IMG/VR virus record: IMGVR_UViG_3300017763_003471
Location: 1-64,000 of that record
From: an uncultured virus (IMG/VR IMGVR_UViG_3300017763_003471)
Taxonomy: Duplodnaviria; Heunggongvirae; Uroviricota; Caudoviricetes
Strand: one strand, 5' to 3'
DNA length: 64,000 nucleotides
In this document: positions 28,257 to 37,905 of the stretch, one piece after another
How the letters are laid out: the number at the start of each line of letters is the position of its first letter
Numbering within the stretch: position 1 is the stretch's first letter
Position numbers and translations under genes: made by a program
The notes under the pieces: generated by a model
Told to the model about the DNA's origin: nothing
The model's input: the letters and a program-made list of their open reading frames with translations, nothing else
The model's database searches: none

Positions 28257-28799
28257 TTATGCTACTAAATTAACATATTCTTCTGGCCAATCTAAATAAT
28301 TTAACCAAATATGGTGTTTTATCTTTAGTGTAAAGTTCTTTTGAGACATTAGATTATAGAAGTTTGGTTTAATTGGTGTCCTAACTGGCTTAATATCAGT
28401 ACGGGATCCCTTTGCTAGATTACATTTCTTACATGCAGATACCATATTCTCCCAACCAGACTTACCACCTTTTGACCTAGGGATAACATGATCCAGTGTA
28501 AGTTCTTTCGGAGAGAATGCATCTAAACAATATTGACAAGTATAATGGTCACGTATGAATACGTTCCTACGTGAGAAATTTATACCTTCTCTATCCTGTT
28601 GTACGTATTCACGTACGGCTATTACACTTGGAACTTTCATAGTATGATTAGGACTATGTACTTCCCAATCATCATGCCATTCAACTATATTAATCTTATC
28701 AAGCCAGATAAGTTTAATACTTTCTTGCCATGTTAGAGTAGAAAGAGGTGAGAGTCCAAGAGGTTTGTAGTCCGCATTCAATAGTAATGTATCGCTCAT
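28257..28799 (-). CDS. HNH endonuclease
   Basis: LLLNADYKPL; RNVFIRDHYTCQYC; TLDHVIPRSKGG..WENMVSACKKCN..KG. Confidence 0.92.
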   Translation of the reverse strand: MSDTLLLNADYKPLGLSPLSTLTWQESIKLIWLDKINIVEWHDDWEVHSPNHTMKVPSVIAVREYVQQDREGINFSRRNVFIRDHYTCQYCLDAFSPKELTLDHVIPRSKGGKSGWENMVSACKKCNLAKGSRTDIKPVRTPIKPNFYNLMSQKNFTLKIKHHIWLNYLDWPEEYVNLVA

Positions 28800-28823
28800 T
28801 AATGATATTTAGTCTCTTATGAT

Positions 28824-28844
28824 TAGGGAGTTTTGCACTCCCTA
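28824..28844 (-). terminator. hairpin downstream of the vWA gene
   Basis: TAGGGAGT-GCAAA-ACTCCCTA; no clear U-tract. Confidence 0.45.
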
Positions 28845-28848
28845 CTAT

Positions 28849-30192
28849 TTATGCGGCTTTGTGATAGTAGGCGTGTTCGCCGAATGGTGGGATAATTTGG
28901 TCACTACCATGAATAACAAATAGTGTATCACAATAGTTTGGGTTACCCCAACTACCAAATGGATACCCATCAGTAAACATTACAAACTTATCAGGAATGA
29001 TATCGTTGTTTTCCATGAAAGTAAAGTTACAATCAAAATCAGTACCACCACCGCCTTTGATTTCGTAATCTTTAATCTCATCAGCATTCATTGGTGTGAA
29101 TTCTTTGAAAGAATATTCGTTGACCTCAGTATCGAAAGTCCAAACTCTAAGTCTAAAGTCCTGAAACTGTTGCATGATGCCTCCAACTTCACCCATGAAG
29201 TCGGCTAACATTTTATTGTCAATAGAACCTGAAACATCAAGACCAATACCTAAGTCAATCATAGTATCATTGTTTTGACCTGGAAGATAAACACCCATTG
29301 ACCTAGATTTTCTTGATTGTTTCATCCATGTAAAATCTGATTTAAGTAAACTTAGAATAGATGTATTAAGTAACTGTCTCCAATCCATCTTAGGTTCTGT
29401 CATAGATTTGACAAGTCTTTTAATATCACCAGGCATATTACCAGCACCAGCAGTTTGAGCCGCTTGAACAACAGCCTGTTTCATTTGGTCTTTAAGTTGT
29501 TTTGCCTCTTCCTTAGAAATCTTGATTGGTGCTTTACGTCCTGTAGGATCGTTTTCACCAGTACCACCTGTTGAGTCATTACCATTACCCATGATATGTT
29601 GGTCAAGTGTTTCTTTATCTTGACCTTGACCTGTAGTTTTTAGATACTGATAAATCTCCTCAGTGTACTTACCATGATACTTAGGATCAAATAATGCAGA
29701 CTTTGGCATAACACCAATTCTACTTTCAACACAACCTTGATTAACTTTATAGTCAGCGGCTATGTTCCAAAGTTTAGCATCACGATCCTTCTCATCGAAA
29801 TCAAATAGACGACCACCTTCACCACAATGGTCATAAACACAGTGAAGAACCTCATGACCTACTACAAAGTCAATCTCTTCCGGTGTTAGAGTTCTGAAAA
29901 AATCACAGTTATAATAAAAATGTTTGCCGTCAACTGCGGCTGTTGGACACCATTCTGCCTCAACTAATTTTAATCTTGTAGCAAGTGTACCAAAGAACGG
30001 ATGTTTGATAAGCATTCTAACTCTACCAGCAACAATCATTTCTTTGACTTCCCTATCAGTATAGTCAAATACTACGGGTTCTGCTGAGTTCTCATCAATT
30101 TCGATACCTGCATCTTTTAATGCACCATCTACAATATCGTCAATAGATTTTTGTTCTTGTACTTGCATATTTGAGTTACCTTTGTTTTTCAT
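28849..30192 (-). CDS. metallopeptidase-like plus vWA-like domain protein (DUF2201 type), MoxR partner
   Basis: PTAAVDG, HEVLH, WNIAAD, DVSGS MIDAS, GGGGTDF, FTDG. Confidence 0.88.
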   Translation of the reverse strand: MKNKGNSNMQVQEQKSIDDIVDGALKDAGIEIDENSAEPVVFDYTDREVKEMIVAGRVRMLIKHPFFGTLATRLKLVEAEWCPTAAVDGKHFYYNCDFFRTLTPEEIDFVVGHEVLHCVYDHCGEGGRLFDFDEKDRDAKLWNIAADYKVNQGCVESRIGVMPKSALFDPKYHGKYTEEIYQYLKTTGQGQDKETLDQHIMGNGNDSTGGTGENDPTGRKAPIKISKEEAKQLKDQMKQAVVQAAQTAGAGNMPGDIKRLVKSMTEPKMDWRQLLNTSILSLLKSDFTWMKQSRKSRSMGVYLPGQNNDTMIDLGIGLDVSGSIDNKMLADFMGEVGGIMQQFQDFRLRVWTFDTEVNEYSFKEFTPMNADEIKDYEIKGGGGTDFDCNFTFMENNDIIPDKFVMFTDGYPFGSWGNPNYCDTLFVIHGSDQIIPPFGEHAYYHKAA

Positions 30193-30234
30193 TATGTATA
30201 CATAATAACACGATTCTTGATATTGTCAAGTTTT
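30179..30234 (-). repeat. 56-bp promoter/leader duplication, copy 1
   Basis: Identical to 37892-37947 except 2 nt; TTGACA-16-TATTAT with GANTC. Confidence 0.9.
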
Positions 30235-31382
30235 CAACTAACTAAAATACTAGCATTTGTACCGCCAAAACCGAAGGAATTACACAATACAGACGTTATT
30301 TCTGCACTAGTTGACTTATTGTATATCTTTGGACTATATCCTTCTTCAACCTCTTCTACGTTCACCGTAGGCGGTATAATAGCATGTTTTAGAGACATTA
30401 TAGACATAGCTAACTCTACAGAACCAGCGGCTCCCATACAATGTCCTAGTTGAGATTTGTTCGCAGTAATCGGCACTTCTTGTAATCCTAGTCTATTAAT
30501 AGCATCTAATTCAGCATAATCTCCCATAGGAGTAGATGTACCGTGTACATTAATAAGACTAGGTATTCTGCCTTTTAGAGCCTCTGCCATACATTTCTGC
30601 ACTTCTTCTCCGTTAGGGTGAGGTGCGACAGTTTGATATGCATCATTGTTTACTGCATAACCATCTATCTGACAGATTGTTTTATTTGTTTTATTTTTAC
30701 TTAATAAGAATATTGCACCACCCTCACTTAATACTAAACCGTCACGTTTTGTATCATAAGGTCTTGATGCTTTTTCTGGTGTATCATTGAATTTAGTTGT
30801 CAATGCTCTTAATTTACCCATCTGTTTGAATGCATCAGGGTGTATTGTTACGTCTACTGAGCCTGCTAAAGCATGGTCTATCATTCCCATTTCAATCATC
30901 ATAGCCGCCCATATTACACTATAAACACCTGTACTACATGCGGTTAATGTCATTGCACTAGCACCAGTTAAACCATATTTCATGTTTATATTGTGTGCAA
31001 TCATATCAGGACAGTAATGATAAATGTTATCTGCATTGTCCTTATTTGCTTTTAGTATTTCTAAGTACATTGAAAAGCCTGGTGATACAATAACACCTGT
31101 TCTGCTTTTATCTATAATATCTAAATCTATCTTACTTGCTAATGCTAAAGCCCATTGATTAGATTCTGGAAGTCTATCACGTTCTGACTCAGTTATGATA
31201 GGATAATCTTCTGCATTAAAATGAAACTCGCCCGCTACTTTGCTTCGTGTATATCTACTTTCGTTTGGGTCAAACTTAGTAATAGGTCCGTATGCTACTT
31301 TGTTTTCTGTTACGCCCTTCCATGTTTGCTCTAAATCACCGAAAGGTGTAAAGCAAGACAAGTCGTTAATATATACGGTCAT
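30234..31382 (-). CDS. fabF: beta-ketoacyl-ACP synthase II
   Basis: TACSTG (Cys), SRPYD..RDG..EGG, NVHGTST, KSQLGHCMGAAG, NSFGFGGTN. Confidence 0.92.
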   Translation of the reverse strand: MTVYINDLSCFTPFGDLEQTWKGVTENKVAYGPITKFDPNESRYTRSKVAGEFHFNAEDYPIITESERDRLPESNQWALALASKIDLDIIDKSRTGVIVSPGFSMYLEILKANKDNADNIYHYCPDMIAHNINMKYGLTGASAMTLTACSTGVYSVIWAAMMIEMGMIDHALAGSVDVTIHPDAFKQMGKLRALTTKFNDTPEKASRPYDTKRDGLVLSEGGAIFLLSKNKTNKTICQIDGYAVNNDAYQTVAPHPNGEEVQKCMAEALKGRIPSLINVHGTSTPMGDYAELDAINRLGLQEVPITANKSQLGHCMGAAGSVELAMSIMSLKHAIIPPTVNVEEVEEGYSPKIYNKSTSAEITSVLCNSFGFGGTNASILVS

Positions 31383-32142
31383 GTTTTAAATCCGTTGCTA
31401 TGAAATATTTAATTACTAACCCGGTTGGGTCAAACTGATACCATTTTTCTTGTGTGGTATAACTTAAACTATTGTTATGATGATTGTTGTGCCAACCTTC
31501 TCCGAATGTAAACAATGCAAGTAACCAACTATTTTTACTATCGTCTCCTGTATCATGGTCTGCTTTACCAAATATGTGTAGCAAATGTACTATACCAAAT
31601 GTACCTACCCAGAATTGATATACACCTGTGATACCTAATACATAACCTGGTAAGATTGGATCAATTAAGAATAGTACAATCATTGCAACTGTTATAATTT
31701 GAAAATAATATCGTTGCATAAATCTTACTTGCGGATCCATATACAAGTCTTTAAAAATTCTTCTTTCTTTAGGGAAGTCTTCATAGAATCCCATTAAGTT
31801 TTCCCACCATGATTTTTCTCTTGGTGAATGAATATCCATGCCTTCTACATCTGCATATTTGTGATGCAATCTATGTCCACCTATAGTAGGAAGTGGTTTA
31901 CCTGGAAAGCCTAATGCACCCCACCAAAGAAGAAGTACTTGTCTTTTCCTTCCTGTCTGATAACTTCTGTGTGCCCAATATCTATGCCAACCAGCAAAGC
32001 CGCCTACCATAGTTGTTATACACCCCCATGCAAATGAATACCAAAAATACTCTGGCGCTGATATGATACTGTAAATTAATACAATATGCAATACAATCCA
32101 TAGTATTCTCATTTTCCAACCATATGTTATTTTATCTAGCAT
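31366..32142 (-). CDS. membrane fatty acid desaturase (delta-9-like)
   Basis: His boxes HRYWAH, HRLHH, GEGWHNNHH. Confidence 0.9.
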   Translation of the reverse strand: MLDKITYGWKMRILWIVLHIVLIYSIISAPEYFWYSFAWGCITTMVGGFAGWHRYWAHRSYQTGRKRQVLLLWWGALGFPGKPLPTIGGHRLHHKYADVEGMDIHSPREKSWWENLMGFYEDFPKERRIFKDLYMDPQVRFMQRYYFQIITVAMIVLFLIDPILPGYVLGITGVYQFWVGTFGIVHLLHIFGKADHDTGDDSKNSWLLALFTFGEGWHNNHHNNSLSYTTQEKWYQFDPTGLVIKYFIATDLKHDRIY

Positions 32143-32746
32143 ATTCTATCCTCTCACCTGTACGAAAGTTTCTCCAATTAAATCTCCAAACATCTTGCTT
32201 AATACCATACAATGGGAAATCTTTATGTAATAGAGATAACTTATCTTCATGTGGCCAAACTACATAAGCAAATCTCCATATCTTATGCATCGTACCACTT
32301 CTATCTTCACTGTGGTCTTCTGATGCAGTAGTTACTACACAATCAGTTGCACCTTGTTCTACAGCCCAATCAGCCATGAAAGGAACAAGTCTAGCAAATC
32401 CAAACTCATGATACATTCTTCTACTATTTTGTCTATCGTCTGCCATGTTTCTCCATTCAGGAAGTGTTGCTAATCTATAATTTATCATATAACATTTATC
32501 ATGTACATGAGGCAAATAATGTGCGCCTGCCATTGATACTATTTCATCCTTATGATAAACAAACCACCAATTCTCTTGCTTACCCCATTTACCAAACTTC
32601 AATGCTTTTAAACTTGCATTATTTAGAATACCTACCTTGTCACATTTCTGACAGAATTCTTCTAGGTCTGACTTTAATGTGCTATCGTATTCTACTACTT
32701 TGAATTCATAATTATCTGCACCAGTAAAAGTTTCTAATACTTTCAT
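32132..32746 (-). CDS. GNAT-like acyltransferase (putative)
   Basis: WWFVYHKDEIVSMAG...RLATLPEWR resembles GNAT strands and motif A; start at 32746 (TAATG overlap). Confidence 0.45.
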   Translation of the reverse strand: MKVLETFTGADNYEFKVVEYDSTLKSDLEEFCQKCDKVGILNNASLKALKFGKWGKQENWWFVYHKDEIVSMAGAHYLPHVHDKCYMINYRLATLPEWRNMADDRQNSRRMYHEFGFARLVPFMADWAVEQGATDCVVTTASEDHSEDRSGTMHKIWRFAYVVWPHEDKLSLLHKDFPLYGIKQDVWRFNWRNFRTGERIEYAR

Positions 32747-32916
32747 TACCACCAGCCCATCAAATGACCGTTACCTAATATAATCATTACACATGTAGCA
32801 ATGTGTAGTAGTACCCAAAAAGTTCTTATGATTAACATTTGTTTGTCATAAGGTTTTGTCTTATCATCTGAATAAGAACCTAAAGCATACTGCCATATTT
32901 TTAATAAACTTCTCAT
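32746..32916 (-). CDS. 56-aa membrane protein (not in ORF track)
   Basis: MRSLLKIWQYALGSYSDDKTKPYDKQMLIIRTFWVLLHIATCVMIILGNGHLMGWW*; coupled on both sides. Confidence 0.75.
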   Translation of the reverse strand: MRSLLKIWQYALGSYSDDKTKPYDKQMLIIRTFWVLLHIATCVMIILGNGHLMGWW

Positions 32917-33638
32917 CTTCTAGCCAACAATGCTGGTATATAATATCTGCCAGCCCAATCTGTTAAATCTTCGTGTGACATATCTAATCTACTCGCATAC
33001 TTATGATGTATGTCATGGCAACCTTCGCCCATCATCCATATGTTTGCAAAGCCAGTTAGTTTACTAGGACCACCATCTTTGTGAGCCGCATAGTTCAACC
33101 AAGTTAATGCTATCCACATGTGAGTAAAATTAAATGCTTGCCATACAACTAACCAAGGTGTTATGATAAAATGTATTAATGTAAACAATGCATATAGTTT
33201 CCAGTAATATCTATTAACAAAAACTACATCACGTTTTCTTAACAAGAAACGTAAACTAATATAATCTTCTGGTGACTTATACTGACCTAACCACATTTTA
33301 AACAATCCTAACTCTGCTGGATTGTGTGTATCTTTTTCTTTATCTGAATTCTTATGATGATTTAAATGTGAGTAAACATATTGTATAGGACTACCATTAG
33401 CACTCATAACAATACCATATAACATTGCTAAACGTCCTAGTCTATGTGGAACAAACTGGTCGTGACATAACCATCTATGATATGCAATTTGTGATAATGC
33501 ATTTGTAACACAACCATACAAAGTAAAAGCAAGAGCAAGTTGCCATGAACCACCCATATAGAAGTAAGCAGGTATTCCAATTACGGATACTGCTAACATA
33601 AAAAATACTTTCAATGTTACTCTATTTTGGTATGTCAT
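32913..33638 (-). CDS. membrane fatty acid desaturase
   Basis: His boxes HRWLCH, HLNHH, GEGCHDIHH. Confidence 0.88.
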   Translation of the reverse strand: MTYQNRVTLKVFFMLAVSVIGIPAYFYMGGSWQLALAFTLYGCVTNALSQIAYHRWLCHDQFVPHRLGRLAMLYGIVMSANGSPIQYVYSHLNHHKNSDKEKDTHNPAELGLFKMWLGQYKSPEDYISLRFLLRKRDVVFVNRYYWKLYALFTLIHFIITPWLVVWQAFNFTHMWIALTWLNYAAHKDGGPSKLTGFANIWMMGEGCHDIHHKYASRLDMSHEDLTDWAGRYYIPALLARR

Positions 33639-35314
33639 TATTTCTTTAATGCTTCCTCTAATACTTCCTCATGGCTCTTTCCGTTAAACAGAAACTTTCT
33701 ATGCCAATCATATGCATGTGGAGCCATTTCTCCTTGTGCCTCACTTAATTTTCTGCAATATTCAAACATGATATCTGCTTTATTCATTAATTCTTTTTTA
33801 GTATTTAGTTCAACTGTATCATCGAAATGCCCCATGGCAGTTGCTACAGTCATCCACATATAGTCTGGATATAAACTATTTCCTATTTGATTATAAGGGT
33901 TTTTGTATTCTTTCCATATGGCTTCTTTATGATTATGTTTCTTACCATACTCTTTTTGTTTCTTCCAAAAGTTAGTATCTTCTCTATTCGTAAGTGTATA
34001 ATGATATGCAATAAAGTCTGCAACATGGTCTTCTAAACCGTTCATACTCTTATTGTATGCATGTATACTTCCTGCTGATATAATTTCATCATCTTCTTGT
34101 TGTCGATTTACGAATCTATCTAATAATTGTATACCCCATTGTGATATGTACATTGCATTGCCTTCCATTGGTTCAATAAATGAATGACTCATTCCTATAC
34201 TTAACACATTTTTATTCCATGGTGTGACCATACGTCCTGCTTTCCATGAAATATGTTTTGGTGGTTTGATAAACTCATAACCTTCCCAATACTTTTTAAA
34301 CTTTTCCATTGCATCTTCTGGAGATATCTCAGTTCTATCAAAGATATATCCTGAACCCATTCTATTATATAATGAGATAATAAAGTTCCAACCTTCATCT
34401 TGTGCATATGTTTGTGTGTAAGGTCTAAACTCGTTATAAACATCTTTATATTTTAATGGACCAACTACTGCATCCTGTGTATGAATAAAGTCATAATCAT
34501 GCCATTCATTATTCATTCCACCTACTAATACTTTATGTAAACCTGAACAATCGACAAACAAATCGGCTTCGTGTTCTGTGCCATCTTCTAATAATAGTTT
34601 AGTAATATAACCGTCCTCATCTTTGATGATTTCTTTTACATCACCTATGATATGCTGAACACCTTTAGGTAAAGCAACTTTGTCTCTAATAAGTTCTGGA
34701 AATCTATTTGCATCTAAATGAAATGAGTATGACTGCCAGTCTCCGAGTAAAGGATTGTCATTCATATCAAATGGTGCCTTATTACCGTCCATCAGATAAT
34801 GTTGTTCATGCGTATCTTGTGAGGATTCTTTAGGATTTCTTTTACCCTCACGTACTAATTGTAACCAATAGTCATTCCATTTATCATCTACTCCTGCCTC
34901 GCCTTTAGAGTTAGTAAAATAATCATCAGTTGTTAATTGATTATAAAAACTAGATGTTAGATGTTTTTCTGGCAATGTAAATGAAAATGAATAGTATTGT
35001 ACATCTTCTTTTGGTGCGTTCCAATGGTCTGTAACATGGTGTCGTTTGCCTGGTGAACTCCAACCAACAAACTTATTGCCTAATTTATAAATTGAATTTG
35101 TATAACTCATCCAATCTCTTTCCTCAAGTCCTAAAGTTTCTAGTAAATCATTTACTTGAGGAACTACACTCTCTCCTACACCTATAATAGGAATAGTATC
35201 ACTCTCAATTATTTTAACATCTAACCAAGGGTGTTTATTTTTCATGTAACCTGCAGTGAACCAACCGTTTATTCCACCGCCAACGATTACAAGTTTGTTT
35301 AATTTAGTTTTCAT
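33638..35314 (-). CDS. tryptophan-halogenase-family flavoprotein
   Basis: IVGGGINGW, IGVGES, YKLG (catalytic-Lys position), HLDA, DLFVDCSG, FIEPMEG; WxWxIP replaced by WNFIIS. Confidence 0.85.
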   Translation of the reverse strand: MKTKLNKLVIVGGGINGWFTAGYMKNKHPWLDVKIIESDTIPIIGVGESVVPQVNDLLETLGLEERDWMSYTNSIYKLGNKFVGWSSPGKRHHVTDHWNAPKEDVQYYSFSFTLPEKHLTSSFYNQLTTDDYFTNSKGEAGVDDKWNDYWLQLVREGKRNPKESSQDTHEQHYLMDGNKAPFDMNDNPLLGDWQSYSFHLDANRFPELIRDKVALPKGVQHIIGDVKEIIKDEDGYITKLLLEDGTEHEADLFVDCSGLHKVLVGGMNNEWHDYDFIHTQDAVVGPLKYKDVYNEFRPYTQTYAQDEGWNFIISLYNRMGSGYIFDRTEISPEDAMEKFKKYWEGYEFIKPPKHISWKAGRMVTPWNKNVLSIGMSHSFIEPMEGNAMYISQWGIQLLDRFVNRQQEDDEIISAGSIHAYNKSMNGLEDHVADFIAYHYTLTNREDTNFWKKQKEYGKKHNHKEAIWKEYKNPYNQIGNSLYPDYMWMTVATAMGHFDDTVELNTKKELMNKADIMFEYCRKLSEAQGEMAPHAYDWHRKFLFNGKSHEEVLEEALKK

Positions 35315-35316
35315 AT

Positions 35317-36681
35317 CTACTCCACAAATTGTTCTTTGACAACATGTCTTTGAACTTTTCCCATAGGATTTCTAGGTAATGGGTTTTTAGTAACAATAAT
35401 TTCTTTAGGTATCTCGTACTGAAATAGTTTGTCTTTAACAAAGTCCATCAATTCAAGACTATTTATCTCGCTATCCGTACTGACTACTGCAACTATTTCT
35501 TTCTCTCCTAGACCTCTGTCACGATATGTTACACAAACTTCGTTAACATTATCATGTGGTAAAAACATATTCTCTACTCTAACAGGAGATACATTATAAC
35601 TATTAACTTTGATTAAATCAGTTTTACGTGATTTATAAAATAAAAGATTATGCTGAGTTTCTAATACATCACCAGTACACCAATAGCCATCTTTGTCTAT
35701 AGGTGTTTCTTGATTCAAGTATCCTTCTGTAACACAATCACCTTTAATCCAAGCAACACCATATCTATCTAATTTAAAATCATAGTTATCAGTAATATGA
35801 ATCTGTAAAGGATATGGATCATCTGGAGTTGCTAAGTGTGTAAACATTGGTACATGAGTTTCAGTACAACCATATAAGTTTCTTAATGCAGGTGCTCCTT
35901 TATCAAATAGTTCTTGTAGCATTTCTTTAGGACAAACTGTACTACCGAAACCTAACTCACGCCAATGAGATAAGTCTGCCTCTTTCCATCCTCTTGTTTT
36001 AGATAATGCTAACATCATAGCAGGAACAATAATACCTATAGTAGGTTTGTATTCTTTACATATTTGTATGTAACGTCTAGCATTAAACATTTCACAAATT
36101 ACTGTACACCCTTTCATTAGACCTGGAAGTGTATAAAGATACAGACCACCAATAGTCCAAGGAGGAAGTTGTGAAAGTATTACATCGTCACTTGTTAAAG
36201 TTTGTATTAGTATGTTTTGTATTGAACCTTGAATGCAAGCCATTCTAGTATGTGGGACCGCCTTAGGCTCTCCTGTAGTACCGCTAGTAAATATAACGGT
36301 ATACAAATCATCTGCACCTTTGGCAAACATTAAGCCTTTATTATGTGGCTCTAGTTTTGATGCATCGTCCTCACTTAGAATTATATGATTTGGGTGACTT
36401 GCATTCTTTATACGTTCAACTATCTCATCAGATAAATTGGGAAACGTTGGCATGAATGTTACTCCTAAGGCATCACACGCCAGCACCATTCTTACATAAT
36501 GATATTCTTTTTCACTCGCAAATAATACTCGCTCACCAGGTCTGATGGCTGTAGATAATGTAGCAGATAGTTTCTCCACACTATCAACTAATTCGCTATA
36601 TGTGTATTTCTTATCATGGCATATCAGGGCAGTTTTACTGCCGTGGATCTTTGCCTGTGCTTTAATTGTTTCCCAAATCAT
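35317..36681 (-). CDS. AMP-binding acyl-CoA/acyl-ACP ligase
   Basis: FTSGTTGEPKAV, YGCTE, TGD, R.TDLIK, LPRNPMGKV. Confidence 0.92.
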   Translation of the reverse strand: MIWETIKAQAKIHGSKTALICHDKKYTYSELVDSVEKLSATLSTAIRPGERVLFASEKEYHYVRMVLACDALGVTFMPTFPNLSDEIVERIKNASHPNHIILSEDDASKLEPHNKGLMFAKGADDLYTVIFTSGTTGEPKAVPHTRMACIQGSIQNILIQTLTSDDVILSQLPPWTIGGLYLYTLPGLMKGCTVICEMFNARRYIQICKEYKPTIGIIVPAMMLALSKTRGWKEADLSHWRELGFGSTVCPKEMLQELFDKGAPALRNLYGCTETHVPMFTHLATPDDPYPLQIHITDNYDFKLDRYGVAWIKGDCVTEGYLNQETPIDKDGYWCTGDVLETQHNLLFYKSRKTDLIKVNSYNVSPVRVENMFLPHDNVNEVCVTYRDRGLGEKEIVAVVSTDSEINSLELMDFVKDKLFQYEIPKEIIVTKNPLPRNPMGKVQRHVVKEQFVE

Positions 36682-36686
36682 ATCTA

Positions 36687-36726
36687 ATTATAACAAAAAA
36701 AAGGAGAGAAGTCAAGACCTCTCTCC
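36687..36726 (-). terminator. intrinsic terminator overlapping a sigma70 promoter
   Basis: GGAGAGAGGTC-TT-GACTTCTCTCC-T8 with embedded TTGACT-17-TATAAT; 5 nt between the -10 and the ATG at 36681. Confidence 0.85.
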
Positions 36727-36753
36727 CTTGGAAACGCAATAAAGTGTCTGCTC

Positions 36754-37905
36754 TTATGCGTTATGAGCCTCGATAATTAACTTACCGTATTTCTTAAAGA
36801 ACTCCTCGATACAAGGAACCTTCCTAGGCTCTAGTGGAAGTTTGTAAACTTTTAGTGCAGTTCTACCACCTAGAACAATCATTTCAGTTTCAAAGTTATC
36901 CATCATGAACCTGAAAAAGTTATCAGCCATTTTGTATAACTCGTCCATTTTGCCTTTGTTCTTTTCGGCATGTTCTTTTAACTCGTAACAAAGTGATGCA
37001 GTTAAAGAAAACATAGCTGAGATTTCCTTAGCTTCCCTAGATACCGTTTTCACCTTACCATTTAAGATATCAGTTGGATTAGGGAGTTTACCTGAAATCG
37101 CTCTGTGAGCCATAAACTTAGTAGCAACACCATCACCGACAGTACCTGCAATCAAGTCATGAAGTTTACTATCATCAATAGTCTCGTCCTTAGTAGGCAT
37201 CAACTGTGATGTAAATGTCCAAGACCTTGGAGTTGCGAAAGCCCTTGATGCAGTTTTAGGGTCAAAGTTAAACAAGTCCATCTTGTTAGATGTTAAGTAA
37301 CCTACAACATCAGAATGGATTTTGTTTTCAAGAGCCCAAGTCTGCCAATCTTCAAAGTCAACACCCATTTCTAAGTGTACAAATCTGTTAGCAAGTGGAG
37401 AAGGCATTCTATAAGCAACACCTCTATCTGATTCTCTGTTACCAGCGGCAACGATTAGAACATTATCAGGAAGTGTATAAGAACCTAACCTTCTATTAAG
37501 AATAAGTTGATAAGCCGCCGCTTGTACTGATTGCGGTGCTTGGTTCATTTCATCTAAAAACAATACAATGTTTTCAAACTGGTCAGCAAGTTCTTGACTT
37601 GGTAAATCAGCAGGAGGAGCCCACATCATTTGACCTGTCTTTTCATTGTAATAAGGGATACCTCTTAAATCAGTAGGTTCCATAAGAGCAAGTCTAAGGT
37701 CAATCATATAACCTGACCTTTCTTGCGTAATAGTATCAACTATTTCAGATTTACCGACACCCGGAGGGCCCCATATAAACACTGGTCTTTGCCTATTAAA
37801 AGCATAGTTGATTTCAGCTTTAATGTCGCTAGGTCTTACGATCCTAACATCCATATCATTCATTGAAACTTGTGCAGACATATTTTCATTTCCTTTGTTT
37901 TTCAT
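36754..37905 (-). CDS. MoxR-like AAA+ ATPase
   Basis: GPPGVGKS, DLRGIP, LFLDEMN, AAGNR, PLANRF; SD-led start probably 37881. Confidence 0.92.
   Translation of the reverse strand: MKNKGNENMSAQVSMNDMDVRIVRPSDIKAEINYAFNRQRPVFIWGPPGVGKSEIVDTITQERSGYMIDLRLALMEPTDLRGIPYYNEKTGQMMWAPPADLPSQELADQFENIVLFLDEMNQAPQSVQAAAYQLILNRRLGSYTLPDNVLIVAAGNRESDRGVAYRMPSPLANRFVHLEMGVDFEDWQTWALENKIHSDVVGYLTSNKMDLFNFDPKTASRAFATPRSWTFTSQLMPTKDETIDDSKLHDLIAGTVGDGVATKFMAHRAISGKLPNPTDILNGKVKTVSREAKEISAMFSLTASLCYELKEHAEKNKGKMDELYKMADNFFRFMMDNFETEMIVLGGRTALKVYKLPLEPRKVPCIEEFFKKYGKLIIEAHNA

Noticed and set aside
28257..28799. HNH as a homing or mobile element
   Set aside because: Free-standing, with no flanking intron, intein or target duplication seen.
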